A stretch of 63,999 nt of DNA, filler included, from Gonapodya sp. JEL0774 (Eukaryota): assembly GCA_027604505.1 (NCBI GenBank). It is 3 parts of 3 records of this genome, joined end to end, with 100 filler letters (N's around TTAATTAATTAA, not from the genome) between each part and the next. Parts side by side here need not be neighbours in the genome. Positions count along the whole stretch, not along the records: positions 49,868 to 63,999 come from JADIIX010000316.1; 2 more parts are not named here. The stretch is one strand, 5' to 3'. Within the stretch, counting starts at the first letter, position 1; every line of letters starts with the position of its first letter. The notes below the pieces were generated by a model. The model ran no database searches. It was not told the origin of the DNA and worked only from the letters and a program-made list of their open reading frames with translations. Below, piece by piece: positions 53,453-63,999 of this stretch. Made by a program: the position numbers and the translations under genes.

Positions 53453-54551
53453 TGGCTGGAGTTGTGCGAGTGAGTACGGAGCAGGAATGAAACCATGGCA
53501 TTCTCGCCTGATCTGATCATCCCATTTGATCTGGCTGTGCAAGGTATCCCACCCGGTAGTGACGGTTGGCCCCATGCTCGTCTCACATGCTGATGTTGCC
53601 ATAGCTGAGAATGATCGAAACCCACTTGAAGGGCCGCCGCGACCAGAGTCAGCGCACAGCTTGCGGCACTGTTGAACAGTGAGCTCGAGCTGCTTGTACA
53701 CCTCTGAAGACTCCGTATTGATGACCACTGCCTTCAATCCTGCAAGGTCGGTGCTTGTGAGTGCGCGCTTACATATACCCAAAACATGTGCTCACCCTCA
53801 CAAGGTCCCCAGATCCAGGCAAGCTAATGTAGATATAGTTTGCATAGGGTGAGCGATTGAGTAGATCGGGCAAAAGAGCTTTGCCGACGGCGATCAATGC
53901 CATCTCCATCGCATCCTTGTGGAGTTGGGACGGGACAGCATGAGCGACACAGAGGGTCACCGCGGGCGCTCCAAGGTCAGCCAAGTATCTCTGCAGTGAG
54001 CGATTCCGAACAACCATGTTGGCCGTTTGACCAATGTAGATTTTCGCTCCAGGTAAGAAAGTGATCTGCCATACACCTCGTGCTCCCACATCCACGGCCC
54101 CGTCTGTCCAGCACTTCACGTATATAAGATGAGCACATTGTGTGGGACGCACGAGATGGGGTGAGATACCGGGGCCTCGGTGGAAGCGGAGGGTGGGCAG
54201 TTCGCGATCGGCAGCGAGAGTGAGAGGTGGAAGGTGTCCCTCCAGCGATTCAAGCAGCAGCCCAAGTCCAAACAATAGAACACGTGGCTCAATGTGGAAT
54301 TCCTGTGAACAGCGACAGAACCAGGCTTTCCACTCTGGAGAGAGCGATGAGTGCGTGTGGGGGAGAGAACCGGAGGGATTTGAAGGATTTGCTGGGAGAT
54401 TTGACATGAGGACAGTGGAGAGAGCGAAAAAACGAGATTTCGTAGAGTGATCCGGCGATTTGAGCGAGCCTTTTGTGATCGAGAATGGGCAGGATGTGGT
54501 GGAGATGGTCGATCCTGTCACAGACGAACCATTTGCAGTCACGTCCTCCAA
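53453..54551 (-). pseudogene. Truncated, internally deleted copy (A) of the GIY-YIG-like gene
   Basis: Near-identical to 58284-58605 and 59190-59890; lacks the intervening ~580 bp and the 3' half. Confidence 0.8.
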
Positions 54552-55939
54552 TACATCCCGGAAAATTACATTGGATCAATACTAGCAATTTGAAATTACC
54601 GCGCGAACTCTTTTTGGGTGATTTACCGGTGTTCCCGAAGGTGTTTTGCGAAGCTCAGTGGCGATTCTCACGCTCGAGCCCTCACCACCGGTTTTCTGTC
54701 GCAACAGCCCACAAAGTGTATTCTCGGCCTTCGACAGTTTTCTTTTTAATAATGGATTCCATACAACGTATGTAACAACTGTAATATCCAACATGTCAAG
54801 CCTTACCGTCATTGCACGAGCCGCCGCAACTTACTTCGGATCGGAACCAACAACATACAGAAAAGCGGTACGTGATTGGCTGGTATCAGTCCTTGAGAGG
54901 AAGCTTGCATATGAATACTACAGCCATGGGAAATACGAAACTCGGAGTACCCACCACGACGTATAAATTTCTATGTTGAATAGTCACTTGTTTCCGAGAA
55001 CTCAAAGGTGTGGTAACTGGACAAAATTGTCGCTCTCGAGGGACAAGCAAAGGACTTCTTTTGCATTGTGTCTCGACGTACCAAAAGTTCTGTTTCATTG
55101 CGTGGCGATTCCAGTCAAGGGTTCATTCGGTGAGTTAAGAGACGCTGTGTCACCATTGCGTTTGGTTCAGCGACATCTTGCAACTTCATTTTCGTTTTGA
55201 GATGAACTGAGCGTGCCTGAACATGTACCATGATGACAGTCGTCTGACTCGGTCCGTGATGGTGCCACCAGAACCGGGGTCCACCTGCAACCGGCGAATG
55301 CGACGCGAATACCCTCTGCGCGAGCGTAGGCAAGATGGATTAGCATGATGATTTGAGTGGAAAGGAGGGTAGGCCGATGACACAGTCCTCGATTCTACGT
55401 CAACCCTTTCGTAACGAGAGACAATTCGCGCGAACAAAACTGGTTTCAATCACATGTAGCCATCTTATTGTCTGCTTTGTCTTCCAGTGTCCTGTCGTTG
55501 CTCTGTTCCAAGACGGAGGTGTGATTTGAGGCTGAGTCGACACTTTGGACTGATGCTGGATCGGTCGGTCACGGGCTCGTGAGGCGGTTTCGAGAAGAGA
55601 TACGGTGATGAGACGATGGACTGTTGGCTCATCGGATGGAAGCATGAGCGGTCGAGGTTTTGGTGGTGAATTCAGTGGATGGTTGCAGGTTTGTCTGAGG
55701 AATGACGGGCTCCGTGAACACATCGATATTGCATCGAGCTACGAAAACAAAAGCAGAATATATTACTCTCGTTTCCCAGTAGTAAAACTTGTAGTTACAT
55801 AGGGATGTACTTCACAGGGGAACAGACGTCCCAGTTCATAATTGACGCGTGCGAAGGTGCAGTTTGAACATTAACAGATCGTCACCCTGTGCACAAAGAC
55901 AGATTGGTATCGTTCCTCTGTGCTCAGCGTAACAGAGTG

Positions 55940-56163
55940 AAAGTGGACGTGCGGGCCGCAGTTCGGTGGTGCGCCGCCGGAAGAGCGAGTGGTGGGGCGA
56001 ACCACTTTGTGTGGCAAAGCACCTAGTGTGTGCACTCACCACCGAACCTCCCAACCACAAACAAAAATGCGTAAAACACGATGAAACGCGCGTGGAATGC
56101 GCTGAAAATGCACCAATCGATAGGAAATGAAGAGTAGTATTTGAAAAGATGGTCAAAAATGCA
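55940..56163. repeat. Non-coding direct repeat upstream of GIY-YIG copy A; partner at ~61330-61536
   Basis: Shared gtgtggcaaagcacc..gtgtgtgcactcacc..caaaaatgcgtaaaacacgatgaaa..gaatgcgctgaaaatgc..gataggaaatgaagagtagtattt..ggtcaaaaatgca. Confidence 0.9.
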
Positions 56164-56812
56164 AAACGCTTGGAGAAAGCTGTGTGTTCACTAAGCACTT
56201 CAACATGTATTCTATATCATAATCACCGAATCAAAAACACAAAAGATCCGTTATGGAGTTCTATCTCACTGCTTCATTGATCAAATTGCAGATATTTTCA
56301 GTCTGGAAATTATGCTGTGTGTGGATCAACTCGGAACAGACTGCCAAACTTCAAGCACACTCATCGTTCATCCTCACCTCCATTCGCGACAACATGAGCC
56401 ACGTTTCGTTTCTTTGTTCTCCTCCTTCTTCCATCCCCCACTCTGGATGTCCTCTGCATCGTCACTCGGGATTTCATGTATGATGACTGTGTCTAACCGC
56501 TGTGGCATCCAGCAGAAAACTGAAGTGAGCAGCAAGAGTGAAAGTTCTTAACGACAACTCTCACCGGTTTTTACACTCTTTTTGATCCTTTGGCCTTTCA
56601 TTGGCTCGTCCATCTGCTGTTCCCCTCCAACGACAGCCCTCGGATTGCTGACTCGTTGCCACAAACATCCGCTGCCGGACCAGCAAAATGTTTACTGAGG
56701 AATTCAAGATCTTAAGCTGAGAGAGAGGAATCTCAGTATTGCAAAGGTACGTGCTGTGATCACATCTTCAATCTAAACGTCTAGTATCTAGTTCTTGTCT
56801 CCATCTCCAACT

Positions 56813-59800
56813 CTATCGGTCCAACTTCTGGTTTGTCTTCGCCTTCTTTTTGCTCTTTCCATCTTCATCCCGACTGCTTACTGATCGCTTCGTCGCTCCC
56901 TTTGCCCCCGGCCCCGATCGTCGACCTGAACTCACACCTCCTGCCATTCCACCCGCCTTGACTGCCTTCTCGACCTGCCACTCCGCCTTCCTCTTCTCAG
57001 TTTCCAGTATCTTCGCTTCCTTTGCCGCCTCCAAGAATCCCCAAAGCCGTGTATTCTCTGTCGGAGCCCTTGTCTCAGTCTCCAAGTCCCTCGTGGAGAA
57101 ACAGAAGACATCAATGTGAGCGCTATTTGCTGAGCGTCGGTTCATGAGGTATCGTTCACCATTGTAGTCGAGTGGCCGCCTCCACTTCCTCACTGCTGCC
57201 TTTTCTGCTGCATTGTCCAAGGTTGTCGTGAAAGACATACGAGGAGCCTGCAGCTCGGAAACTCCTGCGCGACACAAGGCAAGATTTGGAATCATCAAGT
57301 CGTAAACATGGAGAAGGAAACGGGCGTGACTGTTGCCCGAACCGGCTTGGACACGGAGGTAGTGGACGAACGCGGCATAGAGCTGGTACGTGTTGAGAAC
57401 TTTTACCGCGGGGTCTTCGCTTCTTTTCAGATGCTCAAAAAACGAATCGAGTTCGGTGCCGCACACTAGTTTGTCCGTTCCAACCTCACTCGCACGTCCC
57501 CGTCCAGAGGCAAAGATGTCCTTTGGCACAAAGTCCCACCCAGTGTGCAACTTCTCACCCGCCATAGAGCAAGAACTGGCAACAGGATGCACCAACTGGG
57601 CCCCTGGGGTGTAGATAGGATTCCGGTCACCCCACTTCCACTTCCCATTCACGGTAAGTCCGCTCTTCTTTGCCTGAATCACCAGCGAAATCTCCTGACA
57701 ACATCTCACACACACCACCTCGGTGGCTGTCCCTCTTCTGTCCTGCAATGCCTTTTTCACCCGGACGTTTTCCTCCTGCATCGCCCGTCGCACCTGGTCC
57801 TCCTCGGACTCGCCGACACACGGAACAAACACACCAGCCGCCTTGCGCTTCTTCCAGACACCTACGTAGAGAACATGGACGTTGCAACGGCGTTGAAAAT
57901 CAGTGTCCGACTCTCCAGGACTGCGTTGGAGAGTGCCGCTGTTCTCGAGGTGAGTAGATAGGCTGGATTGGAGTTCTTGTCCGAGCTGCTCTCGGAGACG
58001 GTCTAACCGATCGGCCTTTTCCTTGCATTCCAGACTGTCAAACCATCTATCGTGTTCCATGGCTTGCCGCGAGAGTCGGGATAGAAGCCACCGCGACATT
58101 TCGGTGCTGGGATCAAATTCACGGACGGCGAGGGTGTTGGCGATGGTGTCGGTGTCGAGAGAGGTACGTTCCAATGCTGATGATGAATACTCCTGACAAA
58201 TGTCATCTCCATTAATGTCAGTTTCATCGATGTTGCTTGCTTCTTGTGGAACAGGTTTAACTGCACCTGCCGGCCTCGTTCGTGGCTGGAGTTGTGCGAG
58301 TGAGTGAGGAACAGGAATGAAGCCGGTGCATTCTCGCCTGATCTGATCATCCCATTTGATCTCGCTGTGCAAGGTATCCCACCCGGTAGTGACGGTTGGC
58401 TTCGTGATTGTCTCACGTGCTGACAATACCACCATAGCTGAGAACGATCGGAAACCACTGGAAGGGCCGCCGCGACCAGAGTCTGCGTACAGGTCACGAC
58501 ACTTTTGAACGGTGAGTGCGAGCTGTTTATGCACCTCTGAAGACTCCGCGTTGATCACCAATGCCTTCAATCCTGCAAGGTCGGTGCATGTCAGTGCGTG
58601 CTTACGTGCGTACTCGTCCATCTCTTGAAGCAGTTCCGCTTGCAGCTGCATCACTTGGAGGATGAGAGGGTGCGCAGCATAAAAGGTGGACCAGCCAGTA
58701 TCGAGCAGCCACAGGATGACTTGGAACGAGTCGGTCGGAAATGCACGGCGGCAAATGGTCAATTTACCGGTGAGTGACAGAGCCGGCTGTTCTTCGGAGC
58801 TGGGAAGGGAGGAGCGAGTGGTGGGACGCCAGCCCATGAATCCGAGGATGAGGTTGTATGGGCGGCGATCGGCAACAAGTGCGAGGAGAGAGGAGTCGTA
58901 GACGTGGAGATCTGAAACGGTGAGCTTCCCAAATTTCGCAACAAGATCATTGGAGTCAAGGTCGGGAAAGTGATTGACAAGTGGAGGTGGGTGACCGTCA
59001 AATATTTGAGTGAGGAGGTGGAGGCTGGGATGTGATGTGTGCTGGGATGGATCAATTGGATACTCATCCCCGGTCTGCCCGAGCGGTGGTGCTGTCCCTA
59101 CAATTACAGTGCGTGCAAGGGGACCGGCAACTGTATTTCGCTGTAGAAAGAGTAGACGTAAAATGTAGACAGCTAATAAACACAAATACCGAAATCATGT
59201 GCTCACCCGCAGGAGGTCCCCAGATCCAGGCATGCTAATGTAGATATAGTTTGCATAGGGAGATCGATTCAGTAGATCGGGAAAGAGACCTTTGCCGACG
59301 GCGATCAATGCCATCTCCATCGCGTCCTTGTGGAGTTGTGACGGGACAGCATGAGCAACACAGAGTGTCATTGCAGGGTCTCCAAGATCAGCCAAATATC
59401 TCTGCAGTGAGCGATTTCGAACAACCATGTTGGCCGTTTGACCAATGTAGATTTTCGCTCCAGGTAAGAAATTGATCTGCCATACACCTCCTGCTCCGAC
59501 ATCCACGGCTCCGTCTGTCCAGCACTTCACGTATATGAGGTGAGCACATTGTGTGGGACACACGAGATGGGGTGAGATACCGGGGCGTGGGCGGAAGCGG
59601 AGGGCGGGAGGTTCCCGATCGGCATCGAGAGTGAGAGGTGGGAGGGGTCCCTCCACCGATTGTAGGAGCAGCCCGAGTCCAAAAGATAGCACACGTGGCT
59701 CAATGTGGAATTCCTGTGAATAGCGGCAGAACCAGACTTTCCACTCTGGAGAGAGCGATGAGTGCGTCTGGGGGAGAGAATCGGAGGGATTTGAAGGATT

Positions 59801-59965
59801 CGCTGGGAGATTTGACATGAAGAGAGTGGAAAGAGCGAGAAAACGAGATTTTGTAGAGTGATCCGGCGATTTGAGTGGGTTATGTGTGATCGAGTTTGGC
59901 AGGATAAATGTTGGTTGATCGTGACCCAAATCAACTAGCCAAGTGTAACACTTCTCCAGATTCAT
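56813..59965 (-). CDS. ~1028-aa protein with GIY-YIG-like nuclease domain (copy B; exons 59965-59207, 59140-56813)
   Basis: GTGAGC..CTACAG 66-nt intron joins the 256-aa and 790-aa ORFs in frame; HLIYVK..KIYIGQT..R..DAMEMALI..LLNRSP; basic NLS-like C-terminus. Confidence 0.7.
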
Positions 59966-61329
59966 TCAATAAAACTGTATTAGACTATTAAGCGGAAATG
60001 GTAGTTACTGCGCGTACTTTATTTTGTGGATACATTCTACTTCCAACAGTGGTTTTGTGAGGCTCACCCCCGATTCTCACGCTCGAGCCCACAACCCATA
60101 GTGGGGTTGCCAGAAAATGTGCCCGCAAAGTGTCCGCCCATCATTGAGCAAAAATATAAAAATATTACAATCAACGGGAGAGTGATCCATTGTCACCGGA
60201 ACGTTTATACTTACAGAGGGTTCCAACCTTTCACAACGACGCAAGACATTTGTAGATATCACAATGGGCATATTTGTGAGCTTGGAGCTTCTCATTTTCC
60301 GAGCGGTTAGCTGCGCACTCACATGGCGCTCATCAACAATTCTTACTGTGCCAATCGCCCGTCTCACTTCACTCTTCAGACATCTCCCTTCAAAATTCAT
60401 GTTGAGCGCAACGGTATCTGTTCACTGCAGATGTTGCGCTATCCCGAAAATGGAAAAGCCTCTCTCCACAGTTCAAGGGGGATTGTCGCGCAGAAGCAAA
60501 TGTGACAGGTACGCATTTGATACACCATGATTCATTCGCAGGCACAGACGCCATCAATATGCCATTCTATGTGTGGTCATGAGCCAAGTTTCATTCGTTA
60601 ATGCAACTGGGGTAATCTCCCAGCAAGGCATACGTAACATTGAGCATCTCATTCGTTCGGTCAATTCTCGGCAGCTGCTTGTTGCCAAACGCTCGACTTC
60701 AGAAAATCATCGAAATGATTGGTGCTGTACAGGAGCTCAGTCAACTGTTTGTGGTCGTGTGTGTTTACGAATCTCGCTCATAGAGCGACATCCAAGGTTC
60801 ATTCGTGCTCAGACCTCTACAAACACCCATGGAGCACAGCGATCGAGAGAAGATTCATTACATTTGTGTCTTCATTTGCGTTTCACATAGTTTGAGAGCT
60901 CGTGTACCCTGTCGTAGACGGTAGCTCTCGACGTGGTCTTTTCGTACCGCCGCTGCCACAAGTATATTGTGCGCCACGAGATTCCTGCATCTAAAGGACA
61001 TGTTGTAGAGCTACTGATAATGTTTTCAAGGTGTCGCGGAGAGTCTTGCTCACCCACCAACCAAAGAGTTGCAATCGTCATCGAGACATTCAGGGAATCG
61101 GCATGACAACGGCGGCAAAGGAGCGGACATCACCCGATGGCAGAATTTCCAAAAGAAAAAAGAATCTGAGTGCTCGCTCCTTTCCCGCACATCCCCTGTC
61201 TCTCATCTGTCATCGAGACGTGACCAGCTCCGGTTCAAAGAATCCTGAAGGTCAGCGCGTTTTTCCGATGGGAAAACTTGGGATACAAGGCAGATGCAGA
61301 TGGAGATTGTGGCCCACGCGAGTGTGGAA

Positions 61330-61536
61330 GGGGACCGGCGCGAACGGACGGAGGGGGGAACGTCACTCGGTGCTGGTGAGTCGGTGTGGCAAAGCACCGA
61401 GTGTGTGCACTCACCCCGACCTCCCAATCGCACACAAAAATGCGTAAAACACGATGAAATGTACGTTGAATGCGCTGAAAATGCGCCAGTTGATAGGAAA
61501 TGAAGAGTAGTATTTAAAAAAGTGGTCAAAAATGCA
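61330..61536. repeat. Non-coding direct repeat upstream of GIY-YIG copy B, ending next to tRNA-Glu
   Basis: Aligns by eye with 55940-56163. Confidence 0.9.
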
Positions 61537-61545
61537 CCAAAATTT

Positions 61546-61617
61546 TTCCGATACCGGGGTTCGAACCCGGGCCGTCCCGGTGAAAGCGGGAAATCCTAAC
61601 CACTGGACTATATCGGA
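61546..61617 (-). tRNA. tRNA-Glu (TTC)
   Basis: TCCGATATAGTCCAGTGGTTAGGATTTCCCGCTTTCACCGGGACGGCCCGGGTTCGAACCCCGGTATCGGAA: full cloverleaf, anticodon loop CTTTCAC. Confidence 0.97.
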
Positions 61618-61711
61618 TGTGATGGTTGTACAATGAAACTATTCTGTATATATAATGATTTTGTTTTTGTATGGACTACGGAAAAGCTTTTGGGGACAGG
61701 ATGACGGATTT

Positions 61712-61768
61712 TTGAACCCGGGCCGTCCCAGTGAAAGCCGTTAATCCTGACCACTGGACTATATCGGA
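61712..61768 (-). pseudogene. Truncated, mutated tRNA-Glu copy within a ~150-bp tandem duplication
   Basis: gaacccgggccgtcccagtgaaagcc..atcctgaccactggactatatcgga lacks the 3' acceptor strand; flank 61618-61690 is repeated at 61769-61840. Confidence 0.85.
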
Positions 61769-61859
61769 TGCAATTGTTATGTGATGAAACTATTTTGTAA
61801 ATAAAATAATTTTTTTTTGTATGGGCTACGGAAAAGCTTGTACACAGGCACGGATTTTA

Positions 61860-63600
61860 TGTCGAAATCTGAGGAAATCTTACCCAGACTGCTCTGAGCT
61901 TTCATGATTGCTTCTGAACCTTTTTGCCGAAGGGTCCAAAGGGGTTCACTCAGATTCTGATAAGAATCTGACATTTCCTAACACAGGAATGTGGGCTTTT
62001 CTGATCGATTCTGTACTCCTCTTTCACATTCCATTATTGTGTTCTGCTCAATTATATTACACTTGTAATTCAGTTGTATTAGAAGTCTCTTTGCATACAG
62101 TTCCTCTGATCTGAACATTCATAACTTGACACAAGGGATCTGTGTGCCAAGCCACTGCTTGTTGGATGTACTTAATGATGCCCACAGAGGTTTTGCTTCA
62201 GGGAGAAAGCCAAGTGCTCGGATCACCAACAACCAGCTTGGCCATTGACACAAGGGAGATGGAATGGATGGTTTTACGTCCTCACTTTGTTTGGACAACT
62301 GCCTGTGAGAGGCCAGGCAGACTATCTGGAGGGATTCGCAAGTCAACACAACTCCAAACATTGTCTGCAGAAGGCATAGTGCCACGACACTGTTCTTGAC
62401 AATACTTTGCAAGAGGGAGGAAGGGTGGCAGATGCTCGAAAGAGGGTAAGCAGAAGATCGAGTCTTGAGAGATACAGCTTTCTGGGATCCCTGGCACCAG
62501 CCCAATGCTTTCTGCGCTTCTGGACTACTTCATCGCTTTCAGCAGAGTCCAATTAGGCCTCGATGATTGGGAATTGTTCATGCCACTGCTGGTGCAGACA
62601 GAGCCAGTTCAACGTCGTCCCCCAATTCGAAGCCATCCTGCAGGAAATCCCAGCCAAAAAGCTCAGGCAGATTAATTTCTTGGTGATGGCTTGCACCGTC
62701 ATCCAGAAACGGTCCAGTTCCCTTGGAAAATTTGGAGAGATTGTCAAGCAACACGTGTGCTCCTGCCTGCACCACTGAGCCATATTCCGATTGCGAGTCC
62801 AGCAGCGTCTCTCCACCCACTTTTCCATCACCAAGCACAGCATGGGCACGTCTGTCCAGCTCACTGTTTTGGAGGAATTGCTGATGCTTTCAGCGGTCCA
62901 GCACAAGGTACAGCAGCAGGGAGTCACACACAGCGCACACAGTTCCACTGTCTTTGAGTACAACGGGAAAGTCCATTGAGATAGCATGCTGTGTTGTTCC
63001 GCTTCTTCAACGTGGGTTCATGAAATCATGATCCGTCTTTGGAGGAAACTGTACCAGCCCTTTCAGAGCAGAAAACTTCAGATTCTTGTGGTCCCCAAAA
63101 CCTGACCATGACAATGTGGTCAGAATCTGTAACTGTCAAATTCTGTTAAGAGTACTTTGATCAGATTCTGATAAGAAAATCTGAATAATACTGTTCATAT
63201 TCTGCTGGTATAAGATTCTTGTCATATTCTGCGCAATCCAAAACTTCTCTGTTTGGAATGCACATAAAATCCCCTGCCGTGTATATTGAGTTCACATTTT
63301 GAATGGCCTACCAAAAAGCCTGTGAGTGCTTGAATCACGGTGCAAACTTTTCATCATTGTGATGTTGTTTGCAGCGTTGTCAGTTACAACAGCAACAAGC
63401 TGAAAATCAATGTCATGAGTCAGTGAGTCGAAATTCGCTCACAAGTGCGAATATAATTTGACAAAGGTGCAAGTGAGGCGAGTTCCAAGTTGCATATATA
63501 GTTGAGTGAGTGAGTTGTGAGTTGTATATTTTCGAAAGTGAGTGAGTAATGAGTTCATATAACATAACTCATGAGTTAACTCACTCAATTTGCTCGGAAC
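61860..63600. mobile_element. Probable decayed repeat/transposon remnants
   Basis: CpG-poor, broken ORFs, repeated palindrome TCAGATTCT..AATCTGA, GTGAGT-rich inverted block; no transposase motif recognised. Confidence 0.35.
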
Positions 63601-63999
63601 CCAAAACATCCCAAATCAGAAATGAGTGCATCTGTCACAAAGGTTTGATATGGAATGGACCACTGCAAAACTGTTGCTTCAGTCAAGCGGGATGCGACGG
63701 GGCTGTTACTGACCATGATTATGGACCGGTGATAGAATAGAGAAGAGTGAGATATTATGTACTGTGTAGGCTGCAAACTATATTATATAGCTAATGAGGG
63801 TACTGAGGAGGTGTCCTAATGTTGTGAGACGACGGCTAAAAGCGGGAGTTTAGCCAGAGTCACGTGACCCCACAAGCACGACATCTGTCGTCCCCGTTCA
63901 CCTCCACGCGTCACCCCTGGTTGTGGCACCCATTCCTTAGTTAGATATGATATCTATTAGTACATAGATGCGTATAGAGTAGTTTTTAGATTTTTCTAG

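Noticed and set aside
58700..58880. UDG-like hints (PYNLILG, AAHP) in the GIY-YIG protein
   Set aside because: Motifs too short to support a domain call without a profile search
60872..60940. Peptide VYDRVHELS resembling LYDRVHALS at ~28450-28490
   Set aside because: Short match in otherwise non-homologous, probably non-coding frames; likely chance
63820..63999. Possible LTR start TGTTGTGAG at the window end
   Set aside because: Truncated by the window; no PBS, PPT or second LTR

Overview
Eukaryotic, gene-dense, intron-rich genomic DNA with short GT-AG introns. The gene content (Crinkler N-terminus, class C GPCR, SLC41) suggests an early-diverging fungus such as a chytrid; this taxonomy is inference. 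Two assembly gaps lie at 24904-25003 and 49768-49867. Housekeeping genes: sphingomyelinase-like EEP hydrolase, ankyrin protein, SLC41/MgtE transporter, profilin, SAPS-like protein, mitochondrial glutamyl-tRNA synthetase, ALKBH1-like dioxygenase, SFC1-like mitochondrial carrier, Ser/Thr kinase, SDR, HSL-family esterase and tRNA-Glu(TTC). Most notable accessory content: (1) a receptor fusing a bacterial sugar-binding-protein-like ectodomain to a class C GPCR 7TM and a PH-like tail; (2) seven intronless F-box paralogues with a shared unnamed C-terminal domain, showing birth-and-death evolution and a visible unequal crossover; (3) a duplicated ~1030-aa GIY-YIG-like nuclease gene whose repeat boundary abuts tRNA-Glu; (4) a gap-truncated Crinkler gene; (5) an intronless bacterial-type DUF1697 gene. 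Exon boundaries were read by eye and are approximate unless given explicitly.
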